From a virus (lineage: Duplodnaviria; Caudoviricetes), in the IMG/VR virus record IMGVR_UViG_3300033061_001635, positions 64,001 to 128,000 of that record: 64,000 bases of DNA. The stretch is one strand, 5' to 3'. The translations under genes were made by a program, and so were the position numbers. Position 1 is the stretch's first letter. Every line of letters starts with the position of its first letter. This document shows positions 30,183-41,100 of the stretch, piece by piece. The notes beneath the pieces were generated by a model. The model saw only the letters and a list, made by a program, of their open reading frames with translations. It was not told the origin of the DNA and did no database searches.

Positions 30183-31076
30183 TTATATATTCGTGACAGG
30201 AGTAAACATGTGACCAACTGTTCCTCCAACAACGACTGATGAAATAAAAGGTATACTCTGTGGCTGATTGTCATCCAAAAGAGAAAAATCTTTTAAAGGC
30301 AGCATAATCACAGAATCATAACTGTCTCCCATATTATTTGGGATAAATTGGGCTAATATTTTATTGTTTATTGAATATGTCCAATTATTAGATTGATCTA
30401 ATATAGTATATTTGGGATATTTATGTAAATTAATTCCTATACATTCTGATTTTGTTATTGTGAAACTTCCAGAATATTCATTTTTATTTAATTTAGGATT
30501 ATTAATAGAAGATTCAATTAGTCCAGCTGTAGGAGCTACATTCAACTCAAATGTAAAAGGATCTATATTTTTCCCTATTTTTATACTAAGAGTGTCTGGT
30601 ATTGATGGATTGGTTAAAGTGTCTCCTTCTGTTACCAATGACGGAGCCAATTGATTAGATTCTGACATCACAAATAGTCTGCCACCATTAGGACCATAAT
30701 TAGCAGGAGTTTCAGCTAAAATCTTTCCATTAATAGAGAAAGATGTATTGACAGGAGAACAATTAACCAAGATATAGTCTGTATGAACAATAACATTAGA
30801 GATATCTTTTATTTGTAATCTAATTAAAATTTTTGTATATATCTTATGAGACAATTTTCCTTTTGCTATTGCTGTGATGGGACTATTATTTGACCCGCTT
30901 ATTGCGTAAGAAGAAGGAGTAAAAGTAATATCTGTTAAAACATTATCTGGTATAATATTAGTAGTGCTAAAATAGCAAATGTATTCTTGATGTAAACTCA
31001 AAGAGCTTGGAGACGGAAAAGTTAATATAATACCATTTTCTAAATTATTTATATTAGTATTGAATTCGTTAATCAT
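30183..31076 (-). CDS. Hypothetical virion-associated protein
   Basis: 297-aa beta-rich ORF in the fibre cluster. Confidence 0.6.
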   Translation of the reverse strand: MINEFNTNINNLENGIILTFPSPSSLSLHQEYICYFSTTNIIPDNVLTDITFTPSSYAISGSNNSPITAIAKGKLSHKIYTKILIRLQIKDISNVIVHTDYILVNCSPVNTSFSINGKILAETPANYGPNGGRLFVMSESNQLAPSLVTEGDTLTNPSIPDTLSIKIGKNIDPFTFELNVAPTAGLIESSINNPKLNKNEYSGSFTITKSECIGINLHKYPKYTILDQSNNWTYSINNKILAQFIPNNMGDSYDSVIMLPLKDFSLLDDNQPQSIPFISSVVVGGTVGHMFTPVTNI

Positions 31077-31080
31077 AGTA

Positions 31081-31611
31081 TTACACGCACTGTATTGTTA
31101 TTAGTTTTTCAATAATTTTTTGACTAATATCTGTTCTTGATACTGAAAACTTGAAAATACTAGTTGATTGTTGTGGATTAGGTATAGATAAAGTAACACG
31201 AACAGAAACCTTTGATTGAGTTATTCCAGTATCTGTATATGTACTATAAACAGGTTCAGATATAGCTATATTACCAACAGAAGAATTATTCGTTAGTTCT
31301 ACAAATTCAAAAGAGTAATCGGTAAAATCGTTTATTATGGGTAGAACTTCAAATTCCAGAGCATCACCAGTGCTGCAAAAGTTACTAATTAAATTTGTAC
31401 TTACTAGCGAAGATTTATAGTATAATCTAGCATCTGTTGATAGAGTGTTACTAGGACAAACAATTTTACCAGACCATTCTATTATTGATCCATCAGTAAG
31501 TTTGGAATATAATTTACCAGTTTTACTATTCATAACTAATTCACCAATGCTCACCTGATCTGGGCCAGGGAACCCTAGGCTTGTTTCATCTCTTTTTAAT
31601 AAAATTTTCAT
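31081..31611 (-). CDS. Small fibre-type protein with Mtd/hyaluronidase-like N-terminal attachment motif
   Basis: 'MKILLKR....P.PDQVSIGELVMNSKTGKLY'; true start at 31611 inferred from TAATG overlap with the upstream stop (ORF track 31650). Confidence 0.6.
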   Translation of the reverse strand: MKILLKRDETSLGFPGPDQVSIGELVMNSKTGKLYSKLTDGSIIEWSGKIVCPSNTLSTDARLYYKSSLVSTNLISNFCSTGDALEFEVLPIINDFTDYSFEFVELTNNSSVGNIAISEPVYSTYTDTGITQSKVSVRVTLSIPNPQQSTSIFKFSVSRTDISQKIIEKLITIQCV

Positions 31612-34600
31612 TAACACACTCCTGTAAATAATACCATACCAAAGTCCCAATTAGAAAAACTACTATCTATTGTATCAAATGGCGCTCCAGGATTTGTTCC
31701 AGAAACGTAGGAGTAAGCAAATGCGCTTTGATTATTTAAACTATTATAATTATTCCAAGCAGAAACTCTATAATAATAATCTAAACTAGAACTTGTTCCA
31801 TATATGGTTTCTGACGTATCATCTATTAAATTAGACGTATTATTATAATCCTGCCATGTTAAACCCTTATCTGTTGACTCTTGAATAGTATAGCCTATAA
31901 TTGCAGATCCTCCAGCATCGCTTGCCGACCAACTTAATGCAATACTTGATGTATTATTCTCATTAAAAGTTCTAGTATATATTATGTTATTTACGGCTTT
32001 TGGAGCAGATGATGCTGGGGTGACTGCTGAAGAATTCTGTGAAAACGGCCCGACTCCAACATTATTTTGCGCCGCAACCCTAAAACGATATGTGTTTAAA
32101 GAAGACAGTCCTAAAATTGAACAATGAGTAGAATTACTTAGGGCCCTATTTAAAGTATAATTACCCACAGGCAATCTTGTCCATGTTGAACCAGAATCTA
32201 AAGAAAATTCTAATATATAAGTTAGTATTGAGGCTCCACCATTACTTTGAGGAGCTGTCCAAACTAAAGAGACCTCTCCATTACCAATACCATTACCTTG
32301 TGTAACTGCTAGATTTTGAGGAGCAGTGGGGGTTGTATAATTAGCTGTTGGGATTTGTGAAACTATTTTACCATTACGATCTAAAGTTAAAAATGCATTT
32401 GCTATGTATTTGCCAGTATTATTTATACTTGGGGCGGGTCTTAAATATATATTTTCAGATACTATTTCAGATGCGTAAGCAATACCATTTACGGTTAAAT
32501 CCGAATATAAATAACCATAGCCCGTTACTGTTATATTACCAACTTCATATGTTCCTGTTGCTAATGAGCCTAAAATATACGGGGTATCAGTATTAATAGT
32601 AGTCTTAGATTTTGTATCATGAGACCATCCTGATGCAGTTGACTTGGCCCTGTCTAAGAATGTAGTAAAAGATATTCCACCATAAGCATTGCCATTCAAT
32701 GCATTATTAATTTTTGGATATAAATATAGTCCTGGTTCACCAGTATTAGCATAAGCCCTTATTCCCTGATCAAAAGTAGTTATAACTTTATTATTGATTA
32801 TAGAAGAAGTTGATGATGATAATACATTTCCAGCAATGTCTATTTGCTCAAGGTTTATATATTGTAGCTTTTTAGCTCTTATTCCACTTGATTCTATTAT
32901 ACCAAGACTAACTAGTGCTGGCACATCAGAGTTAGCTGATCCAACCATAATATTGTTTGAATACAACCAACCACCAACTGTTAAGCTTGCTGGAACGTCA
33001 CTTTGTTGTTGAAAAATTACATTTTTCCCAGATGGTACAGTAAATAGATTTGATGTATTGACTCCTACCCTTGATCCACTAGCTTGTACAAATAAAGCGG
33101 GATTATCATTTAATCCATATATTTCAAAATTTGTATCTTTTTTTGATGTATTAAATACTGTACTTAGGTTGGGCCTAATGCTCAAAATGTGTGATGTTGA
33201 GTCAGAAGTTTCATTGTCTGCATATCTAAAAAGACTTAAATATCCACCTTTAGTAATAGACTTTACAGTAATATCATTGGTATCACTAAAAGGCATAGCC
33301 GTATCTAATAGCATTTCTGTAATTTGATTGCCGCCATTTAATGTAATACCGTCTACATTTCTATAATAATTAGCGCCTGATAAACTAATTACTATTTGAT
33401 CATCAATAGAAAATTCATTCGAACTAATTGGATTTGCTAATATGACTTGTCTCAAACACACCGTAGCTGATGTTGGAGAATATGTATTCCATGTTATATC
33501 TTTTTGTGTTAAGAAATAATCACCTATATTATAAATGCCAGTTACTGCACCATTAGATGTTGTACTAAGTATTTTATTCGATGGAATAGGTAAATTTAGT
33601 GATCCATTTCTATTAACTGTTATCTGACTATTAACAATTTTGCCACTAGATATTGTTAACAATCCACTTTGAGATAAACTACTAACATAAATGTTTGGGG
33701 AAGTTATATTTTGAGAATTAATTGTGTTTAAATATGAAACACCAGTTATTGTTACTATTTGAGATGATATGGTGGTTGACGATGATCCTACTGCTATCTG
33801 ATTTGATTCGTTGGTTAGCGTTATATCTCCATTATTATTAATGCTAATTTGATTGTTTGGGTATCCTAAAGTAGTATTTTCAACACTAGTATTGAGTGTT
33901 TTTACTCCTGTGCTTCCTGATACGACTATTAAATCAATTGCGCCTCTTTCAGATCCATGAGATGAATTTACTGCTCTAGCTTCTATTTTTCCATAATTTG
34001 TTTGAATGCCAGAAGAATTAGATCCGGCTAATTGTAGTCTTGATATTGTAGTATTAACAGGAATATTAGTTGATGGCTTATAATATAAAGTAATATTTGT
34101 GGGATAAGTTGAGGCTCTATTTTCTAGTCTAATACCCTCTTGACAACTTTGACATAGATTATTAACTATATGTAATAATGTTGATGGTCTTACTCCTGAT
34201 GGCATATTAATGCCTAATTTACCATCATAGGAGAAAAATAAATTCCTATTATCTGTACCGCTACCATAAACTATAAAATCATTGGATGCATTATTCTTAT
34301 TGAATAGAAAATTATTCGTTCCTGATGTTGCAAGAACAGAGTTGGCGTCATTGAGATTATCGGCGCCTAATAATAGAGCTTGTCCACTAGCATTGGAGTA
34401 CCAATATGCTTGTGATGATCCGAAGGTTGTATTATCATATTTGTATTGTAAAGAATAATTAGCACCAACAGGATTAGATAACATTGATACTGAATCATTT
34501 TCAGATAATGACTGTATATTAGCAGACTCTGATATTTTGTTTAGTACTACCCAATCCTCGCCAGTAGAAACCAGTCTGATATAATTATTGCTACCCACAA

Positions 34601-35129
34601 GAACAGTTAATACTCTATCGTTATAATCTCTAATAGTTAAAGCATTAGATGATTGTATTACTTTAAATTCTAGAAAAATATCTTTTTTAGACGGACTCGG
34701 CAATGTTAAAGAAACATCTCCATTAGAAGTATCTACTAAATATATAGCACTTATATTATCTAATATTGAGCTATGATCTAATATAATAACATTATTTAAT
34801 AGTGTATCAAAATAACTTTGATTAGCAAAAACATAAAATTCATTACCAGAATCTGGAAAGAAAACTGATTTATTATCATTAGAAGATGATGAAATCGAAT
34901 TTCTTTTAACGGAGATATTACCAGCGCCATCAAATACTATTTCTCCAACACCAGTTTCAAAATATTGATAAGATATATTTCTTGCTATATAAGGTATATA
35001 AAAACCAACATGAGTAGAATTTAATGAATTATAATTTTTCAGTTTTGATAAAATTTTAAAATGATCATTTTCTATAGTAAATGAAAATCCAACATTATCA
35101 AATACTTTTATTATTTTATTATTTATCAT
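31611..35129 (-). CDS. Tail fibre-like protein with two C-terminal fibronectin type III domains
   Basis: Fibre motifs 'YLVDTSNGDVSLTLP', 'GKLGIN...PSTLLHIV', 'RVGVNT'; FN3 'PTAPQNL...LVWTAP..NGG..I..Y...YRFRVAAQNNVGVGPFS' plus a second copy. Confidence 0.75.
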   Translation of the reverse strand: MINNKIIKVFDNVGFSFTIENDHFKILSKLKNYNSLNSTHVGFYIPYIARNISYQYFETGVGEIVFDGAGNISVKRNSISSSSNDNKSVFFPDSGNEFYVFANQSYFDTLLNNVIILDHSSILDNISAIYLVDTSNGDVSLTLPSPSKKDIFLEFKVIQSSNALTIRDYNDRVLTVLVGSNNYIRLVSTGEDWVVLNKISESANIQSLSENDSVSMLSNPVGANYSLQYKYDNTTFGSSQAYWYSNASGQALLLGADNLNDANSVLATSGTNNFLFNKNNASNDFIVYGSGTDNRNLFFSYDGKLGINMPSGVRPSTLLHIVNNLCQSCQEGIRLENRASTYPTNITLYYKPSTNIPVNTTISRLQLAGSNSSGIQTNYGKIEARAVNSSHGSERGAIDLIVVSGSTGVKTLNTSVENTTLGYPNNQISINNNGDITLTNESNQIAVGSSSTTISSQIVTITGVSYLNTINSQNITSPNIYVSSLSQSGLLTISSGKIVNSQITVNRNGSLNLPIPSNKILSTTSNGAVTGIYNIGDYFLTQKDITWNTYSPTSATVCLRQVILANPISSNEFSIDDQIVISLSGANYYRNVDGITLNGGNQITEMLLDTAMPFSDTNDITVKSITKGGYLSLFRYADNETSDSTSHILSIRPNLSTVFNTSKKDTNFEIYGLNDNPALFVQASGSRVGVNTSNLFTVPSGKNVIFQQQSDVPASLTVGGWLYSNNIMVGSANSDVPALVSLGIIESSGIRAKKLQYINLEQIDIAGNVLSSSTSSIINNKVITTFDQGIRAYANTGEPGLYLYPKINNALNGNAYGGISFTTFLDRAKSTASGWSHDTKSKTTINTDTPYILGSLATGTYEVGNITVTGYGYLYSDLTVNGIAYASEIVSENIYLRPAPSINNTGKYIANAFLTLDRNGKIVSQIPTANYTTPTAPQNLAVTQGNGIGNGEVSLVWTAPQSNGGASILTYILEFSLDSGSTWTRLPVGNYTLNRALSNSTHCSILGLSSLNTYRFRVAAQNNVGVGPFSQNSSAVTPASSAPKAVNNIIYTRTFNENNTSSIALSWSASDAGGSAIIGYTIQESTDKGLTWQDYNNTSNLIDDTSETIYGTSSSLDYYYRVSAWNNYNSLNNQSAFAYSYVSGTNPGAPFDTIDSSFSNWDFGMVLFTGVC

Positions 35130-35160
35130 TTAATGATACCTTATGAATATACAAATGTTG

Positions 35161-38100
35161 TTATGCTGTTCGTCCTATAATACTTTGTTTAGCGGCACTA
35201 TTCATGCCTCCCTCAAACACAGTTTTGTCGTATTGCATATGAGAATCTTGGGAGATATTTTTTGCGTTAATAGAAGTCTGGTCATATATTTTCTGTTCCA
35301 TATTGCCCTTTATGCTGTCTAAACCAATGTGGTGAAGTGATGTCGTTTGCGTAACATTAGCAGATAGTGATGTTGGTATAGCATTCGCGTGTTCTCCAAA
35401 TTGAGCCGTGGCAGTTTGGAACGTGTCGATAGATGATGATAAACTTTTTTGTGCAGAATTAAACTGTTCCGTAAAATTGGCCCCAATTTGCTCTGTGTAT
35501 TCATTGAACTGACCAATAGCATTTGTAACAGCATCCTGTATGGACGATGCTATATTAGCCGTATCTATACTAACATTATTAGATACACCACCAGAGGAAG
35601 ATGCTGTTTGTTTGAGGGTTTGTCCCGCATTAGAAATAGGCGCCAATTGCGCCAGCTGTGAGGTTCCACCAGCAGCAAGATATTTCGGACCGGCTATGCC
35701 TCCATTGGCCAAATAATTAACAATTCCACCTCTATTAAAGTGACCACTATTAATAGCATTAAGGATAGGCATATGCTTTTGGCTAGATTCTCTATTGACT
35801 ACAAATTCTCCCGGAGTCAACATGGCTGGAACATTATCCGTTCCAGATGCTCCAATAAGAGCACCATTATTAGCATAAATTAAGCCACCAGAACTATGAT
35901 CTTTGGCTTTTTCGTCATGCTGTTCTAGTCCTGTTTTATATGCATGGGTAGCTACGTGATTTCCAAGATCTGGAACATATAATGGAGAATGGGTTTGTCC
36001 TATTCTTGAATAATCTCTGAGAGAGTAAGACTTTCTAGGTCCCAAAACCATAGGATCATGTACAACGCGCGTTGTTCCTGGCATATCAGCAAATCTTGAT
36101 TCTACTTGACTATTCTTCATTTTTGTAATTGGTGAGCTCTTCTTAAGGGCGTTTTCTACTTGTTTTTTTGCGATTTCTCTCTGAGCAGCATATGCCATTT
36201 GTTCATCAGGGGTCATTTGAGCAATTTCTTTTGCTGGTTTAAAAGTTTGTTCGCTAAATTTTGTTACAACATCAGCTCCGGTGACCATATCAGCAGGGGC
36301 GCTTCTACCTGGATGAAGAACTGGGGCAGCTGACTGATTAGGCAATAATTCATTACTTAATTGAGATGTTAATGAGTCATCGAATAGGCTCTTAGAATTA
36401 TCTATCAAAGACTTATCTACCTTACTTTTTACTACATAAGCTTCGCCTCCGGTGGCCACATACGAATCTCTCGCATAAATAACCGGAACTTGTGGTGCGT
36501 CATGATGAAATGATCCTACGCTTCCGTGTCCAGCTCCTCCTCTATTGATATCCGAGGCATTTTCTGCCATTCTGGCTATAGCAGCATCTCTCATAGCTGA
36601 CTGTGGAATTGGTTCACTAGCGCCAAGATTACCGGTATTTCTAAATTTATTGTTAGGATCAAGATGCCAATCTCCACTTGTTCCGGAATGAATGTCGGTT
36701 GTTTCTGATCCCATATGTGCAAATGCAGCATCTCTTGGAGACATTCCGTGAGGAACAGCCGTTTCAGAGGCTATTCTAGCTGCTGCTATCGCAGCATCGC
36801 CTGAAGTTATCTGTATAGCTCTTCCAGTTTGAGCCATAGTCTCTGAACCAATTCCTTTTCCAATCCCCTCAACAGCTGATCCTGCGAGTCTTCTTACTCC
36901 TTGTGCAGCCTGATCTACATGAGTAAGTCCTACTTCAGTTGCGGCGCCAATCGGATCGGCAACTTTTCCAAGATTAGAAAAACCAGCACCTATTCTAGCT
37001 CCTCCTAGTGCTCCTACACCAGCAACCATAGCGGCCTGATTGGCAAGTGCGCCTGTGCCAACTTCTGCTGGTCCTTCTCTGAATTTTGTTCCATCAGCAT
37101 ATGTTAATGTTGTTGTTGGTTCTAACTCAGATTCTGGTAATACAACATGAGCCAAACCTTGTCCCATAAATATGGCTGCTCTCTCTGGTAAATTCAATAA
37201 AGTTCTACCCTGATTATCATAATATTCTTTGGATTGATCAAAATAATTACCAACCATACTTTCTGTTCTAGCTTCTGATACCGGCTTTTCTCCCGCCCTT
37301 TCCCCATAATTTCTTTGATAATGTAGACCAGCAGTAACGTCAGCGCCACTGGCCCCTCCCATAAACTGAGCAGTTCCTGATGCCAATCTATCTGCCTCTA
37401 ATTGTTCACCCATAAACCTTTCGGTCATTTGTCCTAGCACACCAGCAGAATCATACGATGACAATGCATCATTTGATCTTTGTTCTTTGTCTGATTTGCC
37501 TCCTTTAGCTAGATAATTTACCGGTCCTCCTTTACTATATCCAAATGGTCTAGTCAAATATGCTTGTCTATCATCCATTTGTCCAAATGGTCTTGTTAGA
37601 TATAATTCTTTTTGACGTTGATAAATCTGGCGTTCTTCTTTTTGACTTTGGTAAATCTGGCGTTCTTCATCTGTAATTATTCCATCTTTATTTAGATCTT
37701 CATCTTTGTCAATATTAGTTCCTGCTTTGCCACCATCGGCTAAATAATTTATCTTACCTCCTTTACTTTTATTGATAGAATGTAATAATCCCAAATTCTC
37801 CTTTGTTGACTTTGCATTAACAACAAACTCACCAGGGGTCAGCATCGCAGGAACAGTATCGGTTCCTTTTGGTGAAAAATCAATTAATTGTCCATTTTCA
37901 GCATATATCAATCCTCCGCTAGCTCTTCTGGCTGGTTTTCTGACCTTGGCTTGGTCTTTAGATTGAGATCCAAATAATCTGCCAATAGAGTCAGCAGCAA
38001 GTCCTGCCAAAGCTCCTGTTGTGCCATATTTTTTAGCAAAATTAACTGCACTGCCCAACATAGATTTTGGAGTTTGGGTCTGGAATGGTTGATCATCTGC

Positions 38101-41100
38101 ATAGCCCATGGTGCGATTGTATTGCTTTAATGCTCTGTTATATGATGGATTGTCTGTTGGTTTTTGACGCAAAGACGCCGAAACAGCAGCCTCTTCTTCA
38201 ACAAAAGCCTTTTGCATTGATTCAACTATAGATGGCTCAATAGGCTTAGAGGTTCCTCTAGTAGCTTGGCGAGCCCTAATGTATTCATCAAATGACCTGG
38301 CTCTATCAGCAGCACCACTAACTAATGGAGCATACTCTTTTGGTAGATTTTTTACTACTCCAGGAGTTAATAATCCAGCATCTTCTAATGCTCCTATGGC
38401 ATCAGAGGCTGCATGAAATCCTTCATGATTTAATGCAAAAGCATCATCTGCTAATTTTATATTTATTTGTCCACCAATACCAACACCTTCATCTAGAACA
38501 TCTGGCATAAAGTTTCCTCTCGGTTTTAGTCCCGGAGTGACTTCCGCATTATTTTTAGACTTTTCTACAAACTCAACTATTCTTTTTGCTAAAAACTTTT
38601 CTCCTTGAGAAGTAAGTTTGTATTGTCCACTAGTTGTTCGTCCAGATGATTTAAGATCTAACATTTCTGGTTCCATGGCCTTGGCTGCCCTGGCATTTAA
38701 TGTAGCAGAGTCTCCTCCTCCAAAACCATATTCTGTGCCCCGCATGGGTTGAGCAGACATCGCAGTTTTCTTAACCGACTCAACCACAGATTTGCCCGCT
38801 TTTCTAGTTTGCTGGTCTATGCTCTCCCATAGCCTCGCTTCTTCTGCGTCATTGAGCTTTTCAGTTATATTGTATCTGGATTCATCTAAAGCTTGCTTCA
38901 TATCTCTGTCTATAGCTGATTCTGCTTTAGCTTGTTCTGTTGCTCTTTGTCTTTGTGATTTTTGTCCACCAAGAATACCTTGTCCTCTACCACTTAATTG
39001 TTCAGCAGTTCTTGCGCTATTTGCCATGGAAACTATTCCAGACGTTATTTGAATAAGATCAATAGCGTCTTGAGGAGTTGATTCTCTCTTCATAACTCGT
39101 CCAGCAATATCGGGAACTTTTCTAAGAGATGCTCCAGCGGTAACTACTCCAACAGGAGTAAGCATACTAGCGGCAGTAACTCCAATAGCTGTTACATCTC
39201 CTGGTTCGGATGTTCTTAAATAGTTTGTTCCGTCACTAAATAATACATTACCATTTTTATCAGCATATTGTATAGGTCCATGCTTCTGAATCATTTCCTG
39301 CAAATCTTGATCTTTTTGAATTCTGTCTAAAGTTTGAACAGAGAGTGCTCCGGTTCCTCCTTGAGAAAAAATTATAGGAGGAACACCACCACTATCTTTC
39401 CATAAAGGATTTGTTGTCTGAGAATCTAAAGGAGGTAATATTTCTGCATCTGTTAGTGGACCAGCCAACATAGGATCTACGCCAAGCGACACAGCATCTG
39501 CTTTAGTTAACTTAGTTTTTGTTTTAGTCTCTTTAGATGTCTCTCTAGAAGCTTCAAATCTGTCTCTGGCTGATAATCTAGCAACATTTTTGCCGTCCGC
39601 AGCAATTTCCGTACCAGATGTGTGTCTTTCAGATCCGTCAAGTTTAAATCCTGTTGCGTAGTCTAGTAGTCCTGACATAAAATCAGAAACCGCTGCATCT
39701 CTTTCTTTAGTTCTTTTTGTTCTATCTGAGCCAACCATTTCTGGCGGAAGTGTGGAGTCAAATAGTTCTGAACCAAATAGCTTAGGTTTATCGGCACCAT
39801 ATTTTTTAAATAAATCTCCAGCTTTTTTAGCTTCAAAATAATCTTCAGCATTTTTATAAGATTCGCCAGCCCAGCGTTCTCCGTCTGGCTTATTAACGCC
39901 TCTTCCAAGTCCTATCGGATTTGACCCAGCACTGGCCCTGCCAGTAGAACCAAACTCAACCTGAGCATGTCTTAATTGCTGTAGTCGTTTCTCTCTTTCT
40001 TTATCGCTTATACCCTCTTCTTGAGAATGTTGTCTATATACGTCTATAATTTTTTTGCCTTCGTCTATAGCAAATTGTACTTTTCTTGCTGACTCTTGTG
40101 CTGTTGCTGTTCTGGAGGAAGTTGCCTGCTGAGCAACAGCAGCCGTTTGGGCTTCTTGATTGGCTGTTGGCTGAGTTGTAGTTGGCGATAAGGGTTCTTG
40201 TGTATTAACAGGTTGTGATTTTGTTGTATTAACCGGTGAAGTTCCGGAAGATGTATTAAGTGGTTTGCCATCTTTGTCCAGACCCATAGTAAATAATTTC
40301 TGTTGCGCTATCTGACGAGCCATGGCAGCCGTATTGTTAGGATCATTAGCCAAAGTAACCCAGTCCTTTGTTGCAAATTTACTAAAATCTGCATCTCCTA
40401 TATCATCGCCTGTTGTTCCATCTGCTTTTGGATATTTTCCTGTTGTAGTAGAAATAGTTGGTTTAGTAACAGCAGCCATCTGTTGATTTGTCTGTGTTTT
40501 TGCTAATTGGCCTGATGAAGAATTAAGCATGCCACCAGAGGGGTTTGGTAATAATAATTCAGTATTAGGATTAATAGTATTTGGAACATTTTTATAAGGT
40601 GGAGGCAGAATCAAATCAGCAACATTTTGAGTTGATCTTGATCCTTCCATTTTAAACATCTTACCTCTTGGAGATGTCCCATCAGGATAATATAACATTC
40701 CTGATTTTAGTAGTGATTTTTCTTTTCTCTCTCTGATTTCTGGTCTGAATCTAGATAAGTAGGCTTGTTGTCTTTCGTATCTTATTTGTCCTTTAGCTCT
40801 GTCTAGCATTTCTTTTCTTGTGTTAATGCCGCTAGATTTAGTTGTCTTATGTAATGATCTTAGATTTTGATACTCTGTTTCTTCCTCTTCTGTTCTAGAT
40901 TTTGATCCTTTGAGCCATAAACTTTTTCTTCTACTATATTGTTTACCCATGCCCAATTTGAATTCCTTCATGTCTATTGCATCATCTTTGTTCAAATCAA
41001 AATCAGAAAAATATTTAGTAAATTCTTTTTTATCTAGTAAATTATTTTTGTTTTTATCAAACTGTGTAAAGTCAGATACTAATCCTACTTTGTCAAAATA

